This document shows positions 1-12,539 of a stretch of 64,000 bases of DNA, in pieces. This DNA comes from Podarcis filfolensis (lineage: Eukaryota). Position 1 is the stretch's first letter. Every line of letters starts with the position of its first letter. The position numbers and the translations under genes were made by a program. The notes under the pieces are model-generated. The model searched no databases and was not told where the DNA came from. It saw only the letters and a list, made by a program, of their open reading frames with translations. The DNA is taken from NCBI GenBank assembly GCA_964270895.1, contig OZ185438.1. One strand, written 5' to 3'.

Positions 1-407
1 TTGCTGACCCCTGCTCTACTGTATATTTTGAAAAGTTGTTTTGTCTGTTCACTATGCATTTGGACACCTCTTTAAGATACCGCACCAAAATTTTGCATGA
101 TGGTTCCTGAGATCAAATAGGTGGTTTCTATGTGTGGATACAACTGGAAGTCATTTTGAATCAAGATGGCAGACACTGACTGTTTTTTTTTTTAAAGTTT
201 CTTAGACTTTACCAGAAATGCCAGGTGCTGCTGTTTTGTTATGTTAACATTGTTATAGGTTTTGTTTTCTGGTTTTAGTTCATGATTTTATTAGAATCTG
301 TGTTTGTTTTAATTGTGATACTTGTATAACCTGCCCTAGAATTATTTAGTGTACGGCAAGTTGTAAGTACAGTACATATAATAAATGAATAAAAAGTTAT
401 GAGCAAA

Positions 408-1000
408 TACCTGCGGACTGTCTCGCCAGAGTGGTGCATGCTCTGGTTATCTCCCGCTTGGACTACTGCAATGCACTCTACGTGGGGCTACCTTTGAAGG
501 TGACTCGGAAACTACAACTAATCCAGAATGCGGCAGCTAGACTGGTGACTGGGGGCGGCCACCGATACCATATAACACCGGTCTTGAAAGACCTACATTG
601 GCTCCCAGTACGTTTCTGAGCACAATTCAAAGTGTTGGTGCTGACCTTTAAAGCCCTAAACGGCCTCGGTCCAGTATACCTGAAGGAGCGTCTCCACCCC
701 CATCATTCTGCCCGGACGCTGAGGTCCAGCGCCGAGGGCCTTCTGGCGGTTCCCTCATTGCGAGAAGCAAAGCTACAGGGAACCAGGCAGAGGGCCTTCT
801 CGGTAGTGGCGCCCGCCCTGTGGAACGCCCTTCCAGCAGATGTCAAAGCAATAAACAACTACCTGACATTCAGAAGACATCTTCAGGCAGCTCTGTTCAG
901 GGAAGTTTTTAACGTGTGATATTTTACTGTATTTTTGGTTTCTATGGAAGCCGCCCAGAGTGGCTGGGGAGGCCCAGCCAGATGGGCGGGGTATAAATAA

Positions 1001-1053
<53 letters not shown>
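408..1053 (+). mobile_element. L2-clade LINE 3' fragment (ORF2 C-terminus, 3' UTR and (ATT)n tail)
   Basis: Peptides HALVISRLDYCNALYVGLP, LQLIQNAAARL, HITPVLKDLHWLPV and RAFSVVAPALWNALP are typical of L2 ORF2. In-frame TGA at 617-619 is consistent with CGA decay. Ends in an ATT microsatellite. Confidence 0.9.
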
Positions 1054-1054
<1 letters not shown>

Positions 1055-1748
1055 AAAATCCTGGGTTATTCTCACCCCTTACTTTAAAAACTTAATAGTA
1101 TTTGGGTTACTTTAGGAAACAGCTCAGACTGCTTGCCCAGAACATACTGACATATGGGAAAGCTGCTCAAAAATTAGATTTTACCTCAGAAGAAAAGAGC
1201 TGAGTTCCCTCCCAATTATTTCCCCATGTCCTCCTGCAGATTAAAGAGCCAAAAAAACAGTTCCTTCTTTCTCTATTAGGAAACTGAAACTGGGATCACA
1301 ATGAAAATGATTAATTTTGATCACAGTTTAGCGTTTTGACAGACTCTGAGCTTCGCTTCAGTCAGCTGCAGACGCTGTTAATAAATTTAGATGTGAAATT
1401 ATAGCCACAGGTGATAAAGTTGTCAAGAAACATTCTGGATGCCTAGAATTCAGATTGCGTTTCCAAGAACACATAAGCTACTGGGCAGTTTTCTGTACTC
1501 TGAGACAAATGTCTCATTAGTACCTCATTAACACCAGCTGCCAATGATAGGCAGTTCGGGGGCAAGCTGCTGTTCAGAAAGAGACTCCCGTGAGGCCTGA
1601 AAAGAAAAAGCTTTGCCAAACGCACAGCCATCTCAGCAGGGTTGGCCCAAGACAACGTGCCGCCTGAGGCGAAAGACAATATGACCATATACAGAAGCCA
1701 ACTATATGGGCACTTGAATCTGTCTACAGTACCAGTGTTGGAATGTAC

Positions 1749-1968
1749 CGTATTTTTCGCTCTATAAGACGCACCAGACCACAAGACGCACCTAGTTTTT
1801 GGAAGGGGAAAACAAGAAAAAAATATATTCTGAATCTCAGAAGCCAGGACAGCAAGAGGGATTGCTGTGCAGTGAAAGCAGCAATCCCTCTTGCTGTTCT
1901 GGCTTCTGGGATAGCTGCGCAGCCTGCAATCGCTCCATAAGACGCACACACATTTCCCCTTACTTTTT
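1749..1968. mobile_element. Truncated Tc1/mariner (pogo/Tigger-like) MITE with an internal hairpin
   Basis: TA|CCGTATTTTTCGCTCTATAAGACGCAC TIR, similar to the element at 30358; long internal inverted repeat (~1835-1910); right TIR missing. Confidence 0.65.
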
Positions 1969-2243
1969 CTTATAGAGCAAAAAATATGGTATATTATTTT
2001 GTGTATTAAATTTGTATACCACCCTACATTCGAAGATGACAGGGCAGTTCACAACATCCTCCACCAAACATCAGGCAACAGGACTGGTTAAGGAACTCAG
2101 GACAGGCCATGTGGCCACAGAGGGGAATGGCTGAGGGTATCTGATGCTGATCCCTGAATCATTCGCCTGAGGCAGCCACCTCACCTTGCCTATTATTTAT
2201 TAAATGTGTATATTGCCTTCATCTGCAGATCTCAGGGCGCTTA

Positions 2244-2350
2244 TAGTCTTGTGGCACCTTGAAGACTAACACATTTATTATGGCATAAGTTTTCATGGAC
2301 TGCAGTCCACTTCATCAAACACATGAGGTATTATCCTGAATGGCAGGTAT
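2244..2350 (-). mobile_element. Penelope-like element terminal-repeat fragment with a decayed hammerhead motif
   Basis: tcttgtggcaccttgaagactaacacatttattatggcataagttttcatggactgcagtccacttcatc resembles the reptile Penelope terminal repeat as I remember it. The minus strand reads (T)TGATGA-stem-GAAA. Confidence 0.65.
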
Positions 2351-2352
2351 TA

Positions 2353-2866
2353 CCGTATTGGCCCGAATATAAGCCACACTTCCCTCCCCCCACCAAATTC
2401 TGACCATGAAAAGTTAAAGTGCGGCTTAAATTTGCGACCTTACAAAAATTGGCTTTTACGATATTGCTGCTGAAACAGACATGCGGTAAAACGGAACAAA
2501 AAAAATGTTTTATTGCCGATTTGCGAGCTTGAGACTGTTGTGCAATTAATTCTTATGTCATTCAGCGCTTTCCCCATATTTTACAGTGTTGATTTTTTAT
2601 TTGCATTTACGGTGCTACAAACAGGTGTTTAACCCACTTGCGGGTCCTCTCTAGTATCCATATGATTTTCTTCCGCATTTGCCATTTACGGGTGTGAGTG
2701 CTTGCGGAATTGTAGCAACTGAACAGCGATTTGCGATTTTAGCCATTGTACAGTAACTTTTGCAGGTGGCTTATATTTGGGCATTGTCATTTTTTTTCCT
2801 TTTCCCCCCTTGAATTTTAAAGGTGTGGCTTATTTGCTGGTGCGGCTTATATTTGGGCCAATATGG
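2353..2866. mobile_element. Tc1/mariner-type MITE inserted at TA within the Penelope fragment
   Basis: TIRs CCGTATTGGCCCGAATATAAGCC and GGCTTATATTTGGGCCAATATGG; TA on the left. Confidence 0.8.
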
Positions 2867-3642
2867 CATATATTCATATGGTCGGAGGAGTAAACACTGA
2901 GGAGGGTGGATAAGTGTCCCATTTTACAGAGGAGAGACCTCTATTGGAAGGGCTATCGGACCAAGAATCCTACGAACGGAGAGCAAGGGTGTTGAATTCA
3001 ACCATCAACCATCTGGACAGCAAGCGGAGGAATTGCACGAGTCACCTGTTTGGGTCTATGTACACACTATACTTTCAAAGCACATGCAAAATGCATTCCC
3101 TGTCCCCCAACAATTCTGGGCACTGTAGTTTGCTAAGAGTTGCTCTATGAGAGCCCAGAATTCTTTGAGGGGAATATGTACTTTAAAGGTCTACCCAGCC
3201 ACAGTCTAGTCTAACCTCACTTCAACACCATTTTAATGTGTAGCACAGTAGATGGCAGTAGGTAGTTGATCCCAGCCATGGCCAGCCCAAGACATTTTGC
3301 TGCCTGAGGCAAAAGGCAAACTGGTACCCCTCCATGTCATGTACAGAAACTGCCTGAACTGGCAGATGAATCTCACTTTGGCAGCGGTGACTGCTGAGAC
3401 AGCATACTGATGACAAGACAGCTAGCTATGGGGTTCAGGATAAGTCTCATACACACACATTTCTTCCCCCCAGTGTTCACCCTGCTTTCCGCTGCCTAAG
3501 TTGTCTGCTTCACGCTGCCTAATGGTGGAACCACCCCGATATCTTTTAGTTAATCGCTAACTTCAAACATCTTCAGTCTCATCTGGTTGTGTGCAGGAGC
3601 TCACAGGCTGGATCCGGATTTTGGTTCTAATGCTGCTAACTT

Positions 3643-3977
3643 AAAGGTAAAGGTAAAGGGACCCCTGACCATTAGGTCCAGTCGTGACCGACTCTGGGGT
3701 TGCAGCGCTCATCTCGCTTTATTGGCCGAGGGAGCAGGCGTACAGCTTCTGGGTCATGTGGCCAGCATGACTAAGCCGCTTCTGGCGAACCAGAGCAGCG
3801 CACAGAAATGCCGTTTACCTTCCCGCCGGAGCGGTGCCTTGCACTTTGATGTGCTTTCGAACTGCTATGTTGGCAGGAGCAGGGACTGAGCAACAGGAGC
3901 TCACCCCATTGCAGGGATTCGAACCGCCGACCTTCTGATCAGCAAGTCCTAAGCTCTGTGGTTCAACCCACAGCGCC
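3643..3977 (-). mobile_element. Sauria SINE (Squam3-type), near full length
   Basis: The minus strand begins with a tRNA-like head (GGCGCTGTGGGTT...GGTTCGAATCCC B box) and ends in an (ACCTTT)n tail, seen as aaaggtaaaggtaaag on +. Confidence 0.9.
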
Positions 3978-4634
3978 TTACATTGTCCCAAATGGCTCAC
4001 CACAAGCTAGGTTTTCCACATAGCTGTCACATGCTGATATGGTTCAGTTATTTCTGCTATGCTAAAGAAAAATAACTGGTTGCACAATATGGGTGATACT
4101 TTAAAAAAAAATATTCTTAGGACATTTGGTCAGATGTTAGTGCTCCTCCAAAAATCCTAATTAGATATGAACGCTCAGTTCTATCCGGCATCTGCAGGAA
4201 AATTCAAGGTTGCGACGGCACAACTGATGCACATGCTCAAGGCACCCTGCTTGCACCATTGCCTGCAGATACCTCAGTGCCTATGGTTTGGTTTTTTTTA
4301 ACCTGATCTAAGGGAGGCATAAAATGTTTATGAGGATCAGAAGCTAGGGTTGAGAGAACATTCCAGAATAGCAGTGGAATATCAGCTCAGTAAAGACTTC
4401 CCAGTTCTCTAAACCATAGCATCTCACTAGGAGCCCAGCAGATGGCAGCACCCCCAGGTTTGGTTTCCTTCTGAAATAGGATCCGAATCCACAAGTTCTG
4501 CCTCCTCAAAATACATTGGGCAAATTGTAAGATTAACTGTCAGTGTCACTTTGGGCTTCTAAAAATCCATATTTGGAAGTAATGTAATAAATCATCATCA
4601 TCAAACCTGTGCCAAGTGATGCCAACTTAAATCA

Positions 4635-5170
4635 GAATAACCTGCATTACAGCTGGAACATGTGACACCACTTCTGTGCCCTTTCTACTGGTTACCAGTA
4701 CAATTATGGATCTTTAAGGCCCTAAATAGTTAGGGACTGGATTAATTTGAGGACCATCTGCACTGGAGGAGACTCTTGAGAGTCCCATGGACTGCAAGAA
4801 GATCAAACCTCTCCAGTATTCTCGAAGCTACTAACATGAGTTTGACCAAACTGCGGGAGGCAGTGGAAGACAGGAGTGCCTGGTATGCTCTGGTCCATGG
4901 GGTCATGAACAGTCAGACACGACTAAACAACTAAACAACAATATGCACCTGCACGACTGCCTGTAATCTAGGATGTGCTGCTGAGGCCCTGCTTATATGT
5001 CCACCAGCGACACCAGTTAGGTTAGTGAGCACATGAGACAGGGCCTTCTGGGTGGTATCCTCACAGCTGTGGAACTCTTGCTCCAGTTAACATTTGCTTG
5101 GTCTCTTTAGTTCTGGCATTGAATAAGGCCCCAAAATTATATTTTTACTATTGCCTTTCCTCAAGAACAT
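4635..5170 (+). mobile_element. Old L2 3' fragment interrupted by a BovB 3' fragment (4764-4941)
   Basis: Decayed L2 motifs (catgtgacaccacttctg...tactggttaccagt; cagggccttct...cagctgtggaactc) flank a BovB end (gagagtcccatggactgcaagaagatcaaacc...gactaaacaactaaacaacaa). Confidence 0.7.
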
Positions 5171-5481
5171 TTAAGTGACCTAAAGTTGCAATCCTAACTC
5201 CACTTAATTGGGAGTAAGCCCAGCTGAATTCAATAAAACTGACTTCTCCATTGACATGATTAGGATTGCACTCTCATTCAGGATCTCTCTATTTGTCTGT
5301 GTCCACTCAATGCTCCATACTCTGCCTGAGGTTCTATTGCTTTGTTTTTCTCTGTACATCATTTTGTGAGGGCTCAGCCCTGAAAAGTGACTAATAAATA
5401 ACTGGAATGGGATGAGTGAATGAATGAATGCAGTTCAGCTCCTTTTGATGTTCTTATCCAGCTACTCCCCTATCAGATTTC

Positions 5482-5482
5482 T

Positions 5483-5535
<53 letters not shown>

Positions 5536-5536
5536 C
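5482..5536 (+). repeat. (ACA)n microsatellite
   Basis: Direct reading; explains the poly-Thr in ORF 5424..5702. Confidence 0.95.
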
Positions 5537-6937
5537 CCAACAGATCTCTATTTATTCACATGAGATTTTGGCTCTTTTAGCTTTGAACAAAAACCACTAC
5601 TTAGAATCTGTAAAGCTGCTGTACAAAAAAAAATTGCTGTCAGAACTCTTTGAATATTGTACAAAAAGTGACCTAGCCTTAACCATAAACCAAACAAGAT
5701 GAGCAAAGAGGTTCAGGGGAAAAGGTGCATATGTTTTAATATGAATTGCATGTTTTATATAGATTATTTGGCATATTTTCCAGGTACTACAATCTTTACC
5801 AGAATTTATACTCTTTTATTTTGGATTTTATGATTTATAGATTTTATGGTGCAGCAGGGAGGACTGGAAATGTCCCCTGCCTGAAACTCTGGAAAGCCAC
5901 TGGGAGTCAAAGTGGAGAACATTGAACTAGATGGACCAATGGTTGGAATCACTATAAGGCGAGTTTCTGTGGTCTGTGGAATTTATGGTGAACCAGTGGT
6001 TGACCATATGTTGTTGGGTACCAATTTCCATCAACCCCAGTCAGTGTGGACGGTGGTCAGGGATGGGAACTGCAGCCACAACACCACAAGGTAGCTTCCT
6101 GTGTTCCTATCTAGAGGACCAAAAGTTCCCCATCTTTGTTCTATGAGATGACTTAGGTCCATTACTTGCCATGAGGGTCAGTACTGCAGCCTTTGCTTGC
6201 TTGCTTTATGCTCCATGAGCTTAATAGAGCTAAGGTGGGGTGGCTGGCAGCTGGAGGGTCTTTATTTAGGTGCTTGCTCAGGATGCCTGCAGATTGCTCT
6301 CCTGTTCTTGCAGAGAACACCCTGTCCACTCCATGAAAGTACTGCATGTTCCAAAGCTCCTAGGAAGCGCAGTTCATAAATTGCTCCTTCCTCTGAGTCA
6401 CTTCTTATACTTTCAGAACCTCAGCACACAACATTCTCCGACTTTGTGACGGAGAAGGGAAGATGATCAGCCAACAAATGCTATCCAAGGTTACAAACAT
6501 TTGAGTCTCACTAAAGGGCAGAACTACATGTTACATTGAGTCTGAGGTCATGGCACTGCAGGGAGAGCCAATGTGCCTCCCTGACGTTGGACCCTGTCTC
6601 TCATCAGACCCTGCCAAGATGGCCAATGGTCAGGGGTGATAGAAGGTGTAGCCCATCAATATTGGGACTGGGGGAACAGGTTCCCCATCACTAACCTAGT
6701 CTATAGGTGGCTGCCTTCTCCAATAACATTTGTGGGTTATGCTTGCTTCACATCATTGACTGCTCCAGGCTAAGAATGCTATGAGATCAGAATTCACAGG
6801 TGAATCGCCATAGATGTTTCATGCAGATGGTAAACATTTAATGCAATAGTTCCATCTTAATGTTACATCAAGCCCAGTAACTAAAACAAAAAGAGAGGGA
6901 AATAACCCATAACTTAATTGAACTAAAAGACATTGTA

Positions 6938-7178
6938 TAGTGGTACCTCGGGTTAAGAACCTAATTCATTCCGGAGGTCCGTTCTTAACCTGAAACTATT
7001 CTTAACCTGAGGTACCACTTTAGCTAATGGGCCTCCCGCTGCCACTGCACCACCGCTGTGCAACTTCTGTTCTCATCCTGAAGCAAAGTTCTTAACCCGA
7101 GGTACTACTTCCAGGTTAGTGGAGTCTGTAACCAGAAGCGTTTGTAACCTGAAGTGTCTGTAACGTGGGGTACCACTG
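6938..7178. mobile_element. Tc1/mariner MITE (CAGTGGTACCTCGGGTT TIR family)
   Basis: TA|TAGTGGTACCTCGGGTT ... GGGGTACCACTG|TA; same family as 43079-43329. Confidence 0.88.
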
Positions 7179-7299
7179 TATGCAGGAACCATAAATATAC
7201 AAAAATAATAATAATACCTTGTTGTTATACATAAACTCTTTGAAAAATACAGAATATTTCTTGTTGGCATTCATACGTCTTGAAAAACAATGGAGTGCG

Positions 7300-7790
7300 C
7301 CTGCGGGGGTGAAGTTAAGCGGCTGTGTTAGCAGCACCAAAGTAACCTCTCTGGAGCACAAGCTTGGGCAGTGTGTATGGAGGTCCTGGACTGCCCAGAT
7401 AACAAGACCCCCTTCTTGGCCTCGCTGATGTGGTCCAAAGGAAAGCAGAGCAATATGTGTGGCACCAGCTTGGCTGCAGGAATTGCTGGAAGGGGATGCA
7501 TAAGGCACCATCCACCCATCTTAGGGACTCCAGTCCTGATTTGTGTAGGGTTTACTCCTTTGACTTGTCTTCTCCCAAATATATCCTGCAAGGCAACACA
7601 GATGGGCTTCCTTCCCAGGTGACATCTGCCCATGACTTCCTCTACAGCTCATGCAGAAACCTCCTTCTTGACTGTCGTACCCATGATCGGTCTCATCCGC
7701 TCAATCTTTGCTTGCAGGGCAAGTCCCTAACTCTCCATGGGTATGAGACCCATCGGCTACCCTCACTTGGTTTAGCTGGCCAGTTGAAAC
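7300..7790 (-). mobile_element. Probable RTE-clade LINE 5'-region fragment
   Basis: The minus strand contains aaaccctacacaaatcaggactggagtccctaag...cctgcagccaagctggtgcca...cctttggaccacatcagcgaggcc, which I recall from reptile RTE-type repeats. The assignment is from memory only. Confidence 0.4.
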
Positions 7791-9678
7791 CATTTGTGGC
7801 CCCTGTCACATATTGGCAGCTTCTAGGAGCCACAGGTGAGAGCTGAGTGCAGGGTGGGGACCTAGAAGGAGAAGGGTGTGTCCCCCACCAGAGGTACTAC
7901 CCATCCCCTATCATCCAATACATCCCAGAATACTTGTATTCTGTAATAAAATGCAGAAACTCACCAACACAGCAACACAATACTTTTTTCTCTTTTTTTG
8001 CTTTGAGAAGGCTATAACTGTCTAGGCTCGATGGAGTCCAGTAACATCTGGAGGGTCATGTTTTCCGTTCCTGACCTAGGTGAATAGCAGTACAAATTGC
8101 TAAATGTATTTTGACCTCTGATGACTTGGTATATCTCATCATAGTATTTTATTCAAAGCTAGGTAGCAATGAGTCTTGTTTATAAAGAAGGAATGCAATA
8201 AATATTTAAATATGAAACAATGGAATTTTTCTGTTTTTAAGAACATGAACCCTGATGTAAACTAGCTTGAAATTGTAATCATTCTTCCTGGGTGCACTCT
8301 ACCAGTAGCTCCTATTTAATCACTGAAGACGACATTCTGCAATTTCATTCTAATGATGCTTAGAGATAAGTCAAATATGGGGGAATATGTATCTTCTTAT
8401 GGACCACCAGTGCTATTTTTCTAAAAAAAGAGATGCCTGAACTCACAATGAACACCTCTCTCATTCTCTTAGAATGGCAATAGTGCCCATCTGAGATGTG
8501 CCAGAACTGAATTCTGGTGAGTTCCAGCTGAAAAAAGCACTGTAAACTACTATGAAGTACCTAAAGGAAGGGTGGCATAAATATGATTTTTAAATATTCA
8601 TTAAAGCAGGGTTGATGAACACAAACTCCCATCAGCTTTAACTAGCAGGAGGAATGACCAGGAATAACCGGAGCTGGAGTTCAGCAACATCCAGAGGACC
8701 AGAGATCTGCTCTGTATTAAAGGTTTGCATGGTATGATAATTCACACAATTCACTCCTCATATGTAGCATATCTTTGCTGCTGTAGACATCTTAAAGGAG
8801 GGCAGAGGAGCTATGACTCCCATCTTCCCTGACCAGTGGCCCAGCACCCTTTTAAAGCTTTGAAATATTGTCTCCTCTTTTTCCATTTTTCAAACCTGAG
8901 TCGCCATTGCTTATGTATCCAAAACAGGAGCATTCATACATAAGAGATGGGTTATGAGCAAGCTTGGGGGAACCCCAAGGATTGGAGAACTCCAGTTTTG
9001 CAAGGGAAGGGAACCAGACCAGCAGGCATGGAATGCTGACCGACTGTTGGGGACCAGGGGACAAAAAGCCAAGGGGGTAGAAAGGGGATAGGGAATGAAG
9101 TATCCTGCAGGAGGGCATGGCTGGCTGGTTGAAATGCTGAACAGAAGCGCTGTGCAGTGCAGCACAGCATTTTGTTGCAGATCCTGCCTGTTTATTGTGC
9201 TTGCCTGAGTGTTATGATGCACGGCCTTACTTTGGCTTCTTACAGCTGATATGGAGAATGCGCTATTTCAAATGAAAAATTAAAGGCAGCAAGGATTCAA
9301 TGAGCAGGAAACAACTTTGCTCTTGAAATGTTAATGCTCATGCATCTGAAGCAAATGTGCAGACATTTCTCTCTAAAGGCAATATGGTCTAGGACTAGAA
9401 AATAATTGCTTCACCCCAAAGCCAAGTAAACTAAGTCATACAGGTCAACTCCTCCATAGCAGAAGGGGTGTCCCAGGTCTGCTTGCCAAGGGATTACTAT
9501 GCAGTCACAGAATCACAGAATTGTAGAGTTGGAAGGGACCCAGGGGGTCATCTATTGCCCATTTCCCATTCTCTGGACAGAGGGAAAGGGAAACACTTTC
9601 CAATTGCTAGGCAAACACAGAGAAGACTATCAAGCACGTATGGGAATTTGGAATGAGGCAACAAAAATCAAGTTGTAT

Positions 9679-10350
9679 GTTGTTGTTGTTTAGTTGTTTA
9701 GTCGTGTCTGACTCTTCATGACCCCATGGACCAGAGCACGCCAGGCACTTCTGTCTTCCAGTTTGGTCAAACTCATGCTGGTAGCTTCGAGAACACTGTC
9801 CAACCATCTCGTCCTCTGTTGTCCCCTTCTCCTTGTGCCCTCCATCTTTCCCAACATCAGGGTCTTTCCCAGGGAGTCTTCTCTTCTCATGAGGTGGCCA
9901 AAGTATTGGAGTCTCAGCTTCAGGATCTGTCCTTCCAGTGAGCACTCAGGGCTTATTTCCTTCAGAATGGAGAGGTTTGATCTTCTTGCAGTCCATGGGA
10001 CTCTCAAGAGTCTCCTCCAGCACCACAATGCAAAAGCATCAATGGGTGATCAGCCTTCTTTATGGTCCAGCCCTCACTTCCATACATCACTACTGGGAAA
10101 ACCATAGCTTTTACTATACGGGCCTTTATTGGCAAGGTGATAACTCTGCTTTTTAAGATGCTGTCTAGGTTTGTCATTGCTTTTCTCCTAAGAAGCAGGC
10201 GTCTTTTAATTTCATGGCTGCTGTCACCATCTGCAGTGATCATGGAGCCCAAGGAAGTAAAATCTCTCACTGCCTCTATTTCTTCCCCTTCTATTTGCCA
10301 GGAGGTGATGGGACCAGTGTCCATGATCTTCGTTTTTTTGATGTTGAGCT
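9679..10350 (-). mobile_element. 5'-truncated BovB (RTE) LINE
   Basis: Peptides LKLNIKKTKIM, EIKRRLLL-RKAMTNLDSILKSR and RRLLRVPWTARRSNLSILKEISPECSLEG; (CAA)n tail; TSD tcaagttgtat (9668-9678) / tcaagttatat (10351-10361). Confidence 0.95.
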
Positions 10351-10679
10351 TCAAGTTATATAGTAGGGGCAAAATGCAAGCTACACATATTCCAAATGGA
10401 CTGTGTTCCTTTGGGAACAGCCCTGCCTTAAGTTGTCCCTTTGTGGCTGGGCTGAGGTTTCAAGACAGAAATTGGCAGACACAATTTCTCCCTTTGCTGC
10501 AATAAAAGTGGAAGACACTGGAATTGTGTCACAGAATTTCTAAAGGGGTGGAAATCTTATGCCACCTAGAACAGAACAAGTAATCCCAAGAGTGCCTACA
10601 TGGAAAGGGCTGGTGTTTAAAGGTTCTCTTTGTTTGCCCAGCCATTTCCCCTGAAAATACAGAGTGGTAAATAGTTAAA

Positions 10680-11191
10680 CCCCTTCATGGATCACTGCCT
10701 TGCCGTGGCGAAGGGGCTTGAATAACTCAGAGAAGCTATGAACTATGCTGAGCAGGGCACCCAAGATGGACAGGTTATCGTGGAGAGTTTTGACCAAACA
10801 TGATCCACCTGGAGGAGGAACTGGCAAGCCACTCCAGTATCCCTGCCAAGAAAACTCCATGGACAAAGACAACAGGCATATAAAAGTTATGACGTTGGAA
10901 GATGAGCCCCTCAGGTCGGAAGGCGTCCAACATGCTACTGGGGAAGAGCGGAGGACAAGTACAAGTAGATTCAGAGCTGATGAAGCGGCTGGGCTAAAGC
11001 CTAAAGGACGCTCAGTTGCGGATATGCCTGGAAGCGAAAGGAAAGTCCAATGCTGTAAAGAAAAATATTGCATAGGGACCTGGAATGTAAGAACCATGAA
11101 CCTTGGTGTGGAAGACAGAAGTGCCTGGCGCGCTCTAGTCCATGGGGTCATGAAGAGTTGGACACGACTAAACTACTAAACAACAACAACA
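10680..11191 (+). mobile_element. Bipartite (internally deleted) BovB: ~425 bp of the 5' end joined to ~85 bp of the 3' end
   Basis: 5' UTR and start of the endonuclease (CIGTWNVRTMN) fused directly to gtggaagacagaagtgcctggcg...(CAA)n; 11-bp TSD aaatagttaaa at 10669-10679 and 11192-11202. Confidence 0.9.
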
Positions 11192-11609
11192 AAATAGTTA
11201 AAGCAAATGGGCTGCAAAGAGACAAGTTGCTGCTAAGCCCAGCCTTAAAGGGGAAACTTAGGGCAGAGCTGTTCCTACGCATGAACAATATGGATACAGG
11301 ATCTTACTTGCAGGGAAGGCTTGCAGCTCCCTGAGACAGGGAAGTTAAAAGATGGCGCTGGGAGGGGGTGGTGGAGATCCTTTATTCAGAAGGTCAAGAC
11401 ATGTGGTCTTAGCTCTTTGCTCATATTTACATAAGGGGGTGGGCTTTTACCAATCCTTTCCTAGGAGGTCACCCAGCCCAATCCCCTGCCCAATGCAGGA
11501 TGGAGCTGTAGCATTCCTGACTGATGGCAGTCTGGCGAAGAAAAACTCAGGAAGGCTGTTCCAATGTCAAAGAGCTCAATCCATTAGGAAGCTTCTCCTT
11601 AAGCAAGAA

Positions 11610-11745
11610 CAGGTGTGGGAAAGCTTTGGCCTTCCAGAAGTTGCTGAACTACAACGTCCATCCTCCATAGCCATGAGCATGCTTGCTGGAGCTGATGGGT
11701 GTTGTAGTTTAGCAACATCTGGAGGGCCAAAGGTTCCCCCACCTG
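11610..11745. mobile_element. Short hAT-type MITE (ccctccagatgttg...actacaactccc family)
   Basis: Imperfect palindrome with CAGG...CCTG ends. Many decayed relatives occur in the window (approx. 6570, 8030, 8620, 24600, 38460, 45990, 61840). Confidence 0.6.
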
Positions 11746-12539
11746 TCCTGGAATGCTCTCCTGCTCCTCTTTAAGGTGTAGACCAGAGTTTGCATTTGCA
11801 GGAGCATCAGCATCCTGGCTTGAAAGCCTCTCCCTTGAAATGGAGTCCTCCCTAGTTAGTAAATTTTACAAGGGCAGCCGCTGCAGATATACCAGCTAAG
11901 GAAGGGCAAAATTTCAAGCAGGTGGAGCCCTCCTAAGATTAAGGATTTTGTTTCTAGGCACACTGCAGGAACACTGTTCTTCACTTTTGAAAATGGGCTG
12001 TAAGCTGCATTCTACACCAAGTTTATATTCATTCTGTTTACTCCTGATTTTTTATTATTTGCCTCACTGGGAGTGGGACAGAATAAGGGAGGTCAGTTGC
12101 TGTCAGGAAGCATGAAAGGTCGTTCTCTTTACGATAATTGCGAAATTCCAAAGTTCACATCAGGGCAACACCTTCAGTTGGCCAACCTTAATATTATTTA
12201 TTAGGCACACAGAAAAGTCCACATTAGACTGACGCCTTTATTGAGCCATCCCAAATGCTTGTTCACTATTTCATGGCATTTTGGCTGCTCTAAATAAAGG
12301 TACACCCCACCCCCCTTACCGACACGATTGTTTTCCTTATAACAGCTCCCTCGGCTTGCAGTTGCAAGACGTTTCTCCAACGCTTACAACCCATAATAAT
12401 AAAAACGACAAAAGAAATAAAATAACCACCAGCGTTTCAGCGAGCCTCTTAATGAAGAAATTCAGCAAGCAAAAATTAGCAACCATAATGGAAGACTAAC
12501 AAACGAGCAAAATTAATCAAGCCGCTTTACTTCCACCGC

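Noticed and set aside
1443-1949. 168-aa minus-strand ORF
   Set aside because: It runs through a palindromic MITE and has no recognisable domain.
10974-11020. CTGATGA...AAAG in BovB resembling a hammerhead core
   Set aside because: No proper stem II or GAAA spacing; it is BovB coding sequence upstream of the endonuclease.
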